Part shown: piece after piece, positions 48,677 through 57,945 of the stretch
Layout of the letters: every line of letters starts with the position of its first letter
Position numbering within the stretch: the first letter of the stretch is position 1
From: Capsulimonadaceae bacterium
GTDB taxonomy: Bacteria; Armatimonadota; Armatimonadia; Armatimonadales; Capsulimonadaceae
Direction of reading: 5' to 3'
Length of the DNA stretch: 64,000 nucleotides
NCBI GenBank assembly: GCA_965215505.1
Contig: OZ244065.1
Location: 3,040,001 to 3,104,000, forward strand
Program-made: the position numbers and the translations under genes
Notes under the pieces: generated by a model
Databases searched by the model: none
Told to the model about the DNA's origin: nothing
Seen by the model: the letters and a program-made list of their open reading frames with translations, nothing else

Positions 48677-49777
48677 ATGACACCCTCACAGACCGCCGCC
48701 AAGCCGCCGATCCGCGTCCTTGTGGTGGATGACTCGGCGTTCATGCGGAAGATGGTGGCCGAGATCCTGGGGCGCGATGCCGGCCTGTGCGTCGTCGGCC
48801 TGGCCCGCGACGGTGCGGATGGCCTGGCCAAGATGGAGTCGCTCCAGCCGGACGTCATCACGCTGGACGTCGAGATGCCCGTCCTGGACGGCTTCGGCGC
48901 GCTGGCGGAGATCATGCGCCGCCGCCCGACTCCGGTCCTGATGCTGTCCTCTCTGACCCACGCAGGGGCGGACGCCACCCTGCGCTGCCTGGAACTCGGG
49001 GCGGTGGACTTCGTCGGCAAGCCGTCCGGCTCGATCTCCCTGGACATCGAGAAGGTCGCGGGCGAGTTGATCGCCAAGGTCAAGGCGGCGGCGGGGGCGC
49101 GGCTGGACCGCCGCCCCGCTTCCGGGAGGGCAGGCCCCCAGTGCCCGCTTGAGGCCCCGCGCGCCCCGGAAGTCCCGCGCCCTGCCCTGACGCCCCGGCC
49201 GGCCTCCGCCGAGAGGCCCGCCGTCCTCGTCATCGGTGCGTCCACCGGTGGGCCGCGCGCGCTGCAAACGCTCGTCCCCGCCCTTCCCGCCGACCTCGGC
49301 GTGCCCATCGTCATCGTCCAGCACATGCCGGCGGGCTTCACGGCCTCGCTCGCGCGCCGCCTGGAACAGACCTCGCCGTTCGAGGCCCGCGAGGCCGCCG
49401 ACGGGGACCGGCTCCGGCCCGGCCTGATCCTGGTCGCGCCGGGCGGACGCCACTTGCAGTTCACGGCGGGCGGGGTGGTACACCTGACCGACGACCCGCC
49501 CGTCCACGGCGTCCGGCCCGCCGTGGATGTCACGCTGGCTTCGCTCGCCCCGCTGTACGGCGCGCGCCTGCTGGCCGTCCTGCTGACCGGCATGGGTCGG
49601 GACGGCGCGCGCGGCCTGAAGCTGGCCCAGGACCGGGGCGGGCAGACGTTGGCCGAGGACGAGACCACCTGCGTCGTCTACGGCATGCCCAAGGCCGCCT
49701 TCGACCTGGGGGCCGTCGGTGCCCTGCTGCCGCTCCCCGCCCTCGCCCCCGCCATCGCGCGGGCCTGCGGGAAGTGA
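48677..49777 (+). CDS. cheB: Chemotaxis methylesterase / response regulator
   Basis: VVDDSAFMR, GASTGGP, VQHMP, LTGMGRDGA, VVYGMP. Confidence 0.95.
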   Translation: MTPSQTAAKPPIRVLVVDDSAFMRKMVAEILGRDAGLCVVGLARDGADGLAKMESLQPDVITLDVEMPVLDGFGALAEIMRRRPTPVLMLSSLTHAGADATLRCLELGAVDFVGKPSGSISLDIEKVAGELIAKVKAAAGARLDRRPASGRAGPQCPLEAPRAPEVPRPALTPRPASAERPAVLVIGASTGGPRALQTLVPALPADLGVPIVIVQHMPAGFTASLARRLEQTSPFEAREAADGDRLRPGLILVAPGGRHLQFTAGGVVHLTDDPPVHGVRPAVDVTLASLAPLYGARLLAVLLTGMGRDGARGLKLAQDRGGQTLAEDETTCVVYGMPKAAFDLGAVGALLPLPALAPAIARACGK

Positions 49778-49796
49778 GAGCGTAAGGGGGATCTTC

Positions 49797-49957
49797 GCAC
49801 GGGGCTGAACCCCGTGCTGTGAAAAAGCAACTCCCCGCCTTTCACTCCGCTCTGGAGCGGAGCGACTAGGAGGCGCGGGCAGAGGAGGCGAACAGGAACA
49901 TCCTCACCCGCGAAGGCGGGGGCTTGCACTTTTACAGCACGGGGGTTCAGCCCCGTG
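49797..49957. repeat. Inverted REP-like doublet (cacggggctgaaccccgtg family)
   Basis: Same structure at 57987-58112. Confidence 0.75.
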
Positions 49958-50024
49958 AAACGGCGACCTCTACACACTACAAGATGAACACGAAGAGCAA
50001 CACGAAACACACGGGAAACACACG

Positions 50025-52655
50025 ATGACCAACCCAGACATGTCCCAATACCTGGACGTTTTTCTCGACGAGGGCCGCGAACAGCTCGTCCTCCTGGAGT
50101 CAAACATCTTGGAGATGGAGCGCGGCAACCACACCCCGGAGATGCTGCAAACCCTGTTCCGGGCGGCCCACACGCTCAAAGGCTCCAGCCGCGCGATGGG
50201 CTTCCTCGCCATCGGCGACCTGACGCACGAGATGGAGAACATCCTGGATGCCCTGCGCCTGGACCAGCTCCAGGTCAGCACCCCCATCGTCAATGCCCTG
50301 CTGGACTGCCTGGACGCCCTGGGTGCGCTCGTAGACGCGGTCGGCCAGTCCGGGACCGACACCGGCGTCCCCGACAAGGACATCCCCGCTCTCGTCGCCC
50401 GGCTCGACGCCCTGCGGACCGCCCCGAGCGCGGCGGACTTGCCGGACGCCAGCGCGCCGCTTGCCGCGCCCTCTTCTCCCGATGCGCCCTCTTCCGGCAC
50501 CTTTCCCCTGGCCGCGCACGAACAGGAGGCCGTGGACGCCGCCCGTGACGCCGGGCTGGGCCTCTATCAGATATACGTCACGCTTTCGCCGGACTGCCTG
50601 ATGAAGTCGGTCCGCGCCTGGATGGTCCTGTCCGCCCTGGAACCGCTCGGCACCGTCCTGGCCGCAGACCCCGCCGAGGATGCCCTGGAAGAAGAGCAGT
50701 TCGACCGATCCTTTCAACTGCTGTGTGCCAGCAGCGCCGCAGGCGACACGCTCCAGGCCGCCCTGAGCGGGGTGTCCGAAGTGGAGTCCGCCGCCGTGCA
50801 GCTGTGGCAGGCCGAGGGTGCCGCGTCCTCCTCCCTGTTATCCTCCTCCCTGTTATCCTCCCCGCCGGCAGCGTTCACTTCCGGGCCGTTCCCCGTCGCC
50901 GAACACGAGCAGGCGAGTCTGAACGCCGCCCGTGACGCCGGGCTGGGCCTCTATCAGATATTCGTCACGCTTTCGCCAGACTGCCTGATGAAGTCGGTCC
51001 GCGCCTGGATGGTCCTGTCCGCCCTGGAGCCGATCGGCACCGTCCTGGCCGCAGACCCCGCCGAGGATGCCCTGGAAGAAGAGCAGTTCGAGTCGTCGTT
51101 CCGGCTGCTCATGGCCGCCGAAACCCCTGCCGACCAGATCGAGGCGGCCCTGAACGGGATTTCGGAGCTGGAGTCCGTGGCGGTGCAGCCCTGGGAAACC
51201 GCGGCCAAGCAGGGCGCGAAAGCAGCCGCCGTGGGAGCCGCTGAGGCCCCCATCGCCGCAGCGCCCGCCCCCGCCCCAGTCGCTGCGGCCAAGGCGGCGG
51301 CGGACAAACCCCCGGACAAAGCCCCGGCGGCGGAGAAGGCCCCGGTCGCGCACTCGCAGACGATCCGCGTCGAGGTGTCCCGGCTGGACAGCCTGCTGAA
51401 CCTCGTCGGCGAGATGGTCATCGAGCGCGCCCAGGTCCAGCGCATGGGGGCGGAGCTGCACCGGCGCTACCCGCGCGACGAGGAGGCCGCCCAGCTCGGC
51501 GAGACCAGCCACCGGATCGCCCGCGTCACGGCGGAGCTTCAGGACCAGATCATGAAGGCGCGGATGCTGCCCATCGACGGCGTCTTCCAGCGCCTACCCC
51601 GCATGGTGCGCGACCTCGCCCAGAAGACCGGCAAGGAAGTCACCTTCGAGATGAGCGGCGGCGAGACCGAACTCGACCGGACGGTGCTTGAGGTCCTGAG
51701 CGACCCTTTGATCCACCTGCTGCGGAACTCGGTGGACCACGGCATCGAACCGCCCGACGGGCGGGCATCGGCGGGCAAACCTGCGGCGGGGCTGGTGACA
51801 CTCGCTGCACGGCACCAGGAGAACCACATCGTCATCGAGATCACCGACGATGGGCGCGGCATGGACCCGGCACGGCTCAAGGAGTCCGCCGTCCGCAAGG
51901 GCCTCCTGACCGAGACGGCGGCGGCGGCGATGAGCGACCTGGACGCCCTGGGCCTGATCTTCGCCTCCGGCTTCTCCACCGCCGCCACCCTGTCCGACAT
52001 CTCCGGCCGGGGCGTCGGCATGGACATCGTCCGCTCCAACCTGGAAAAAGTCGGCGGGCGCATCCTCATCGACAGCAAGCTGGGGTCCGGGAGCCGGTTC
52101 ACCATCCACCTGCCCCTGACCCTCGCCATCGTCCGCGCCGTGCTGGTCCAGTCCGGCGGCGGCACCTATGTCCTGCCCATGGGCAGCGTGGTCGAGATGC
52201 TGCGCCTGGGCACGAACACGGGCACGACCGAGCGGCGGACCCTAGGCGGGCAGGCGGTCATCAGCCTGCGCGGGCGCACCATCCCCCTCGTCAACCTGTC
52301 CGACCTCCTCGGCGGCGACCCCGACGCCTCCCGCCCCGAAAACATCCCCGACGACTCCTATGTCGTCGTGGCCGGCGCGGGCAGCCGCTCGATCGGACTG
52401 TGCGTGGACGCCCTGGTCGGCGAGCAGGAGGTCGTCATCAAGTCGCTCGGCACACTCCTGGGCGACATCCCCGGCCTCTCTGGGGCCACCATCCTCGGCG
52501 ACGGCCGCGTCGCCCTCATCGTGGACATCGCGCGGGCAGTCGCCCAGACGAGCGTGCCGGCGGCGGGCGGCCCGCACGCGAACGCGGCCCACGCGACGAC
52601 TGGCCGAGCGGAGACAAGCCGAGGGGAGACGGAGCGCCAACTTGCCCATGCCTGA
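50025..52655 (+). CDS. cheA: Chemotaxis histidine kinase with two P2 domains
   Basis: FRAAHTLKG, HLLRNSVDHGIE, DDGRG, SGRGVGMD, CheW-like tail. Confidence 0.96.
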   Translation: MTNPDMSQYLDVFLDEGREQLVLLESNILEMERGNHTPEMLQTLFRAAHTLKGSSRAMGFLAIGDLTHEMENILDALRLDQLQVSTPIVNALLDCLDALGALVDAVGQSGTDTGVPDKDIPALVARLDALRTAPSAADLPDASAPLAAPSSPDAPSSGTFPLAAHEQEAVDAARDAGLGLYQIYVTLSPDCLMKSVRAWMVLSALEPLGTVLAADPAEDALEEEQFDRSFQLLCASSAAGDTLQAALSGVSEVESAAVQLWQAEGAASSSLLSSSLLSSPPAAFTSGPFPVAEHEQASLNAARDAGLGLYQIFVTLSPDCLMKSVRAWMVLSALEPIGTVLAADPAEDALEEEQFESSFRLLMAAETPADQIEAALNGISELESVAVQPWETAAKQGAKAAAVGAAEAPIAAAPAPAPVAAAKAAADKPPDKAPAAEKAPVAHSQTIRVEVSRLDSLLNLVGEMVIERAQVQRMGAELHRRYPRDEEAAQLGETSHRIARVTAELQDQIMKARMLPIDGVFQRLPRMVRDLAQKTGKEVTFEMSGGETELDRTVLEVLSDPLIHLLRNSVDHGIEPPDGRASAGKPAAGLVTLAARHQENHIVIEITDDGRGMDPARLKESAVRKGLLTETAAAAMSDLDALGLIFASGFSTAATLSDISGRGVGMDIVRSNLEKVGGRILIDSKLGSGSRFTIHLPLTLAIVRAVLVQSGGGTYVLPMGSVVEMLRLGTNTGTTERRTLGGQAVISLRGRTIPLVNLSDLLGGDPDASRPENIPDDSYVVVAGAGSRSIGLCVDALVGEQEVVIKSLGTLLGDIPGLSGATILGDGRVALIVDIARAVAQTSVPAAGGPHANAAHATTGRAETSRGETERQLAHA

Positions 52656-53529
52656 CGCATTCTCGTCCCCCACCGGCCACGGCGCGGGCGGCCACGGCGC
52701 GGGCGGCCTCAATGCGGGCGGCCACGGCGCGGGCGGCTTCAGCGAGGCAAACTTCGTCCTCTTCCAGCAGCGGATGCAGGCCAAGACCGGCATCCGGCTG
52801 TCCGAGTACAAGGCGGACCAGATGTGCCGCCGCATCGGCACGCTGGCCCAGAGGAGCGGCTGCGCCTCGTTCGAGGCCTATGCCTCCCTGGTGGAGTGCG
52901 ACGCCGCCCGGATGGACGAGTTCCGCGACCGCATGACGATCAACGTCACCGAGGTTCTCCGCAACCCGGACCGCTTCGCCGAGCTGACCGAGGCCGTCCT
53001 GCCCGACCTGTTGGCCCGCCGCTCTGCGGCCCCCCTCTCGGTCTGGAGCGCGGGCTGCTCCTACGGTGCCGAGGCCTACACGCTGGCGATGCTGCTGCAC
53101 GAGGTCTCGCCCGCTCCCGCCCACCGCATCCTGGGGACCGACGTTGACCCGGTCATCCTGGCGCGGGCCGCCCACCCTTGCTTCAGCGACGCCGACGTCC
53201 TCAACCTCTCGCCCGCCCGGCTGGCCGCCCACTTCGGCCACTCGGCGGACGGCTACCGGCCCAAGCCCCACCTGCAAGGCCGGGTCCGCTTCGGCCCCCA
53301 CGACCTGCTGACGTCCCCCTACCCGAACGCCGAGCATGACCTGATCGTCTGCCGCAACGTCCTCATCTACTTCACCGACGACGCCAAGGACCGCATCGCG
53401 CGCGGCTTCCTCCGCGCCCTGCGCCCCGGCGGCGTCCTGTTCGTCGGCGGCACCGAGCGCCTCTCCGACCACCGCGCGCTGGGCTTCGAGCTGCTCCGCC
53501 CCTTCTTCTACCGCAAGCCGCCGGCGTAG
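52648..53529 (+). CDS. cheR: Chemotaxis methyltransferase
   Basis: TINVTE, WSAGCSYGAEAYT, CRNVLIYF. Confidence 0.92.
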   Translation: MPDAFSSPTGHGAGGHGAGGLNAGGHGAGGFSEANFVLFQQRMQAKTGIRLSEYKADQMCRRIGTLAQRSGCASFEAYASLVECDAARMDEFRDRMTINVTEVLRNPDRFAELTEAVLPDLLARRSAAPLSVWSAGCSYGAEAYTLAMLLHEVSPAPAHRILGTDVDPVILARAAHPCFSDADVLNLSPARLAAHFGHSADGYRPKPHLQGRVRFGPHDLLTSPYPNAEHDLIVCRNVLIYFTDDAKDRIARGFLRALRPGGVLFVGGTERLSDHRALGFELLRPFFYRKPPA

Positions 53530-53540
53530 AGAAGTGACAC

Positions 53541-53580
53541 AAAAGCGCCCCGCCGGATGTCCCGGCGGGGCGCTTTTCTT
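53541..53580. terminator. Bidirectional intrinsic terminator
   Basis: aaaagcgccccgccgg-atgtc-ccggcggggcgcttttctt. Confidence 0.85.
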
Positions 53581-53583
53581 GTG

Positions 53584-53742
53584 TTAGATGCGCTTGGCGT
53601 TCTCCGCATCGAAGTCAAAATCAAGTTGCTTCGGCTTGGGTTCCTCCGAATACGGCGGCAGGTGGAACAGCGCGATGCCTAGTGACACGATCGCGCCGAT
53701 CGCGGCAATTCCGATGGTGACGATTGCGGCGGCAAGAGCCAT
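53584..53742 (-). CDS. Small single-TM protein, 52 aa (below ORF-track cutoff)
   Basis: MALAAAIVTIGIAAIGAIVSLGIALFHLPPYSEEPKPKQLDFDFDAENAKRI*, with GAAAGGAAG RBS. Confidence 0.55.
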   Translation of the reverse strand: MALAAAIVTIGIAAIGAIVSLGIALFHLPPYSEEPKPKQLDFDFDAENAKRI

Positions 53743-53760
53743 AATAAGACACTTCCTTTC

Positions 53761-54231
53761 TCAGCCTTTGTTCTCGCCGCCTGCTGTTTTCAGGTCCTCA
53801 GACAACAGCAGTGAGGAGGCACAGATCACGACGGCGATCCCGAAAAAGATCACGGACACGTTTGCGGTCAGCGCCGCATCATACTTCTCATGTGCGTCCA
53901 GTGCGGCCGAAACCGTCCCAAACCAAACGATGCAAAGTACGAAGACGAGGAAGCAGAAGAAGCCGATCCATATCTTCCCCAGCGCCTGCTCCTTGCCGCT
54001 GGCAATCAGGTCGCCAGAGGAAGCGGCGACGAGAGTTGCGGTGACCAGGAACAGGTCAGCCCTCCCGAAGAGCGTCACCAGAGTCACATGCGGCCCCACG
54101 ACCGCGCCTTTGATGAACGGGAACGCGAACGGCACCAGGCCGATCACGACCCCGTACAGCAGCCAGCGGGACAGCTTCTCGACCCGCGCCTTGAACTCGT
54201 CCCCCGCCCAGGCTTTTGATCTCGCCCTCAT
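53761..54231 (-). CDS. Hypothetical 4-TM membrane protein
   Basis: GGAGGT RBS; four hydrophobic segments. Confidence 0.7.
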   Translation of the reverse strand: MRARSKAWAGDEFKARVEKLSRWLLYGVVIGLVPFAFPFIKGAVVGPHVTLVTLFGRADLFLVTATLVAASSGDLIASGKEQALGKIWIGFFCFLVFVLCIVWFGTVSAALDAHEKYDAALTANVSVIFFGIAVVICASSLLLSEDLKTAGGENKG

Positions 54232-54423
54232 GCCGTCTCACCTCCCTATGATTTCGTCGCGCATCCCTGCGAGGCGGCTTGAGTCGTCCGTCTGGTGTCA
54301 TTATACACGGGCTGGCTGGGGATTTGTTGCGGGCTGTGAACCTCCCGGTGTTCGCGACTTCGTTCCGGCCAGTATCCCATACTAGCGATTGACATTACTA
54401 ACGCGCTGTGGTAGTGTGGTGAC

Positions 54424-54749
54424 ATGATACTCAGCTTCGGCGACGACGAAACATGCCGGATATTCCTCGGCACGGCCTCGCGAAAGCGGCCCACCGACAT
54501 CCAGCGCGTGGCCCGTCGGAAGCTCATTTATCTGGATAGTGCCCGCGACCTACGCGACTTGCTCAGTCCTCCCGGCAATCAACTGGAAGCACTCAAAGGG
54601 GACCGCCGGGGTCAGCACAGCATCCGTGTCAATGACCAATGGCGCATCTGCTTTACATGGAACGTCCCGTTAGGGACGAGTCCGAACAGGAGGCTGATGC
54701 CGGGGACGTCGGCGGGGCCTACGGGGTAGAGATCGTAGATTATCATTGA
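54424..54749 (+). pseudogene. higB: HigB (RelE-like) toxin disrupted by a 44-bp insertion
   Basis: PPGNQLEALKGDRRGQHSIRVNDQWRICF; the terminal VEIVDYH* is out of frame. Confidence 0.85.
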
Positions 54750-54799
54750 ACACGACATTCACGGCGAACGTGGCATTCACGACGGAGAGGACAAACATC

Positions 54800-55114
54800 A
54801 TGCAGCAGCTTCGGCAAGAGGCAACTGAGATAGACCTGGGAAGCATCCACCCCGGCGAGGTGCTGCGGGAAGACTTCCTGGTCCCGATGAACCTGACGGC
54901 CTACCGGCTGTCAAAGAGCATCGGCGTCCCGCAGACGCGCATCGCGGGCATCCTGAAGGGGGAGCGGGGCATCACGGCGGACACCGCCCACCGATTGGCA
55001 CGTTTCTTTGGGACATCGGCGCAGCTCTGGCTGAACCTCCAAAACCACTACGATCTGGAGAAAGCCGCCGCGCAGAACCGAGCGGAATACGAGCGCATCC
55101 CGGCCCATGCGTAG
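54800..55114 (+). CDS. higA: HigA antitoxin
   Basis: IHPGEVLREDFL, ITADTAHRLARFFGTSAQLWLNLQ. Confidence 0.93.
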   Translation: MQQLRQEATEIDLGSIHPGEVLREDFLVPMNLTAYRLSKSIGVPQTRIAGILKGERGITADTAHRLARFFGTSAQLWLNLQNHYDLEKAAAQNRAEYERIPAHA

Positions 55115-55155
55115 GTGCGCCGGGGAACCGCCACGGATTGCGGTATAATCCTCGC

Positions 55156-55419
55156 ATGACCATGACCATTGATCTGCCGCCCGAAGTGGCGGACGCCCTC
55201 ACGCACAAGGCGGCTCAGGAGGGGCGGGACGTGACCGGGTATGTCCGGCAACTCGCCGGGCGCGACTCGGGCGGACACCCGGCAAGGGAGGCCGAGCCGG
55301 CTTTACGCACACCCGGCCTACACGCCGGGCGGTACTGGATCGCCGACGACTTCGACGCGCCCCTGCCTGACGACTTCTGGCTGGGTGAAGAGAGTCGGAC
55401 GGGGACGGATAGCGCATGA
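55156..55419 (+). CDS. Antitoxin of a VapBC-like pair
   Basis: RTPGLHAGRYWIADDFDAPLP tail; ATGA overlap with the PIN gene. Confidence 0.8.
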   Translation: MTMTIDLPPEVADALTHKAAQEGRDVTGYVRQLAGRDSGGHPAREAEPALRTPGLHAGRYWIADDFDAPLPDDFWLGEESRTGTDSA

Positions 55420-55810
55420 ACCGGCGGCTGCTGGATACGCACACCTTCCTCTGGTGGGACAGCGCGCCGCGCCGCGTCTGCTCTCTGCGACCGTCCTGGC
55501 GCTGTGCCGCGACCCCTCCGTGGTCCTGTACCTCAGCCTGGTCAGCCTGTGGGAGATCCAGATCAAGAGCGGCCTGGGCAAATTGCCGCTGTCCCTGCCG
55601 CTGGCAGAGATCATCCGGGACCAGCAAGCGCGGCATGGCCTTCAACTTCTGCCGATCACGCCCACGCACGTTTACGCGCTGGATGCGCTACCCCTCCACC
55701 ATAAGGACTCTTTCGACCGCCTGTTGATCGCCCAGGCGCTCACCGAGGGGATGAGCCTCGCCAGCGCGGATGGCATCTTCTCTTCCTACCCTGCCTCCGT
55801 GATCTGGTGA
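55416..55810 (+). pseudogene. VapC PIN toxin, frameshifted
   Basis: LLDTHTFLWW in one frame; SLWEIQIK..HKDSFDRLLIAQA in another; shift near 55470. Confidence 0.82.
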
Positions 55811-55823
55811 TCAAAGCAGCATC

Positions 55824-55858
55824 AAAAACGCCCCGCCGGAACCTCCGGCGGGGCTTTC
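55824..55858. terminator. Terminator between convergent genes
   Basis: aaaaacgccccgccgga-acc-tccggcggggctttc. Confidence 0.75.
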
Positions 55859-55863
55859 GCTTG

Positions 55864-57945
55864 TTACGCCGCCCCCAGCTCCCCCAGCAGGAACGCATAG
55901 TCGAAGGCCGTCTCACGCAGGGCGTCGTAGCGGCCAGAGGAGCCGCCGTGGCCCGCGCCCATGTTGGTCTTCAGCAGCAAGGCCGCGTCGCCGGTCCCCA
56001 TGGCGCGCAGCTTGGCGACGTATTTTGCCGCCTCCCAGTACATGACCTGGCTGTCGTTCAGCGAGGTCTTGACCAGCAAGGCCGGGTAAGCCTTCGCTTC
56101 CAGGTTGGTGTAGGGGCAGTACGTCCTCATGTACTCGTAGTCTTCTTTGACGTTCGGGTTGCCCCATTCCAAATACTCGCCGATGGTCAGCGGCAGCGTG
56201 TCGTCTAGCATCGTGTTCAGCACGTCCACGAACGGCACCTGAGACAGAACCGCGCGGAAGAGGTCCGGGCGCAAGTTGATGACGGCCCCCATCAAGAGGC
56301 CGCCCGCGCTGCCGCCCTGGATGGCGAGCCGGTCCGGGGACGTGTAGCCCTCGGCGATCAGGTGCTCCGCGCAGGCGATGAAGTCGGTGAAGGTGTTGCG
56401 CTTTTGCTTCAGCTTGCCCGCCTCGCGCCAGTCCTCGCCCAATTCGCCGCCCCCGCGGATGTGGGCGATGGCGACCGAGACGCCCCGGTCCAGCAGGCTG
56501 ACGCGGGCCGACGAGAAGGACACGGGGTAGGAGATGCCGTAGGAGCCGTAGCCTTGGAGCAGCAGCGGGGCCGACCCGTCGCCCGGCGTGCCCTTCTTTG
56601 ACACCAGCGAGATCGGGATCAGGGTGCCGTCGGAGGCTGGCGCGTGCAGGCGGACGGAGATGTACTCGGCGGGGTCGTAGCCGCCCAAGACGGGCGTCCG
56701 CTTGAGCAGCGTCGCGGCCTGCGTGTCCATGTCGTAGTCGTAAACGGAAGCGGGCGTGACCAGCGACTGGTACTGGTAGCGGACCGTCTGGGTGTCGAAC
56801 TCCGGGTTCATGTCCAGGCGGACCGAGTAGGCCGGCTCGGGGAACGAAACCAGGTGGGCGTCGCCGCCCGCCCCGTCGCCCCCGAGTTTGATGACCCGGA
56901 GTTGTTCCAGACCGCCTTCGCGCTCCGAGATGACGGCGTGGGCCTTGAAGAAGGTCATGCCCTCGCGCGTGATTGCGGGGTCGTGCGGCAGGAACTCCGT
57001 CCACTCGGAGGGGGCGTTCACGGGGGCGGAAACGATGCGGAAATTCTTCGCGTCCCCGACCGCCTTGTCCTTGTCGGTGCGGACGTAGAGGCGGTCACCC
57101 CAGTGGCTCAGATAGTAGCGGTGGTCCGTCTCGCGCGGTCGGAACAGGCTCCATTCGTCGTCAGGCCGCTCGCTCGGTAGGTAGCGCACTTCGGTCGTCT
57201 TGGACGACGCCGAGGTCAGGAACAGGAACGCGCGGGACAGAGATCGCTGGGCGTAGATGCTGAACAATGCGTCCGTCTCTTCGTAGACCAGGGCGTCTTC
57301 GGGCCGGCCCAGGGTGTGCCGGTAGAGCCGATAAGACCGCTTGGCGTCGTCTTCCACGGTATAAAACAGCGTCTTGTTGTCGCCGGCCCAGACCACCGAA
57401 ACCACCTTCTCGATGCGGTCGGGCAGCAGCTCGCCCGTCCGCAGGTCTTTGACCTGCAAGGTGTACTGCCGGAACCCGGTGACGTCGGTCGAATAGGCCA
57501 GCAGGTGGCCGTCATCGCTGACCCCATACGCGCCCAGGCCGAGGTAGGAGTGGCCTTCGGCCAGGGCGTTCAGGTCCAGAGTCACCTGCTCCTCCCCTTC
57601 CAGGCTGCCCGGCTTCCGGCACTGGAGCGGGTACTGCTTGCCCTCCTCGGTGCGGCTGTAGTAGAAAAAGCCGCCGTACCGATAAGGCACGCTCAGGTCG
57701 GTTTCCTGGATGCGCCCCTTCATCTCCTGATACAAAGCCTCCTGCAAGGCCGCGCTCGGGGCGGTGAGCGAGTCGGTGTAGGCGTTCTCGGCTTCCAAAT
57801 AAGCCAGCACGTCCGGGCTGCTCTTCTCGCGCAGCCAGGCATAATCGTCCACCCGCACGTCCCCGTGGAGGGTGTCGGTCTTGGGGACCGTCTTCGCGAT
57901 AGGCGGCGTCAGGGCGGTCATGGATTCAGGCATCAGTTCGGTCAT
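55864..57945 (-). CDS. ptrB: Oligopeptidase B (S9A)
   Basis: DDYAWLR, HIRGGGELG, GGSAGG, VPFVDV, EWGNP, AGHGG. Confidence 0.93.
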   Translation of the reverse strand: MTELMPESMTALTPPIAKTVPKTDTLHGDVRVDDYAWLREKSSPDVLAYLEAENAYTDSLTAPSAALQEALYQEMKGRIQETDLSVPYRYGGFFYYSRTEEGKQYPLQCRKPGSLEGEEQVTLDLNALAEGHSYLGLGAYGVSDDGHLLAYSTDVTGFRQYTLQVKDLRTGELLPDRIEKVVSVVWAGDNKTLFYTVEDDAKRSYRLYRHTLGRPEDALVYEETDALFSIYAQRSLSRAFLFLTSASSKTTEVRYLPSERPDDEWSLFRPRETDHRYYLSHWGDRLYVRTDKDKAVGDAKNFRIVSAPVNAPSEWTEFLPHDPAITREGMTFFKAHAVISEREGGLEQLRVIKLGGDGAGGDAHLVSFPEPAYSVRLDMNPEFDTQTVRYQYQSLVTPASVYDYDMDTQAATLLKRTPVLGGYDPAEYISVRLHAPASDGTLIPISLVSKKGTPGDGSAPLLLQGYGSYGISYPVSFSSARVSLLDRGVSVAIAHIRGGGELGEDWREAGKLKQKRNTFTDFIACAEHLIAEGYTSPDRLAIQGGSAGGLLMGAVINLRPDLFRAVLSQVPFVDVLNTMLDDTLPLTIGEYLEWGNPNVKEDYEYMRTYCPYTNLEAKAYPALLVKTSLNDSQVMYWEAAKYVAKLRAMGTGDAALLLKTNMGAGHGGSSGRYDALRETAFDYAFLLGELGAA

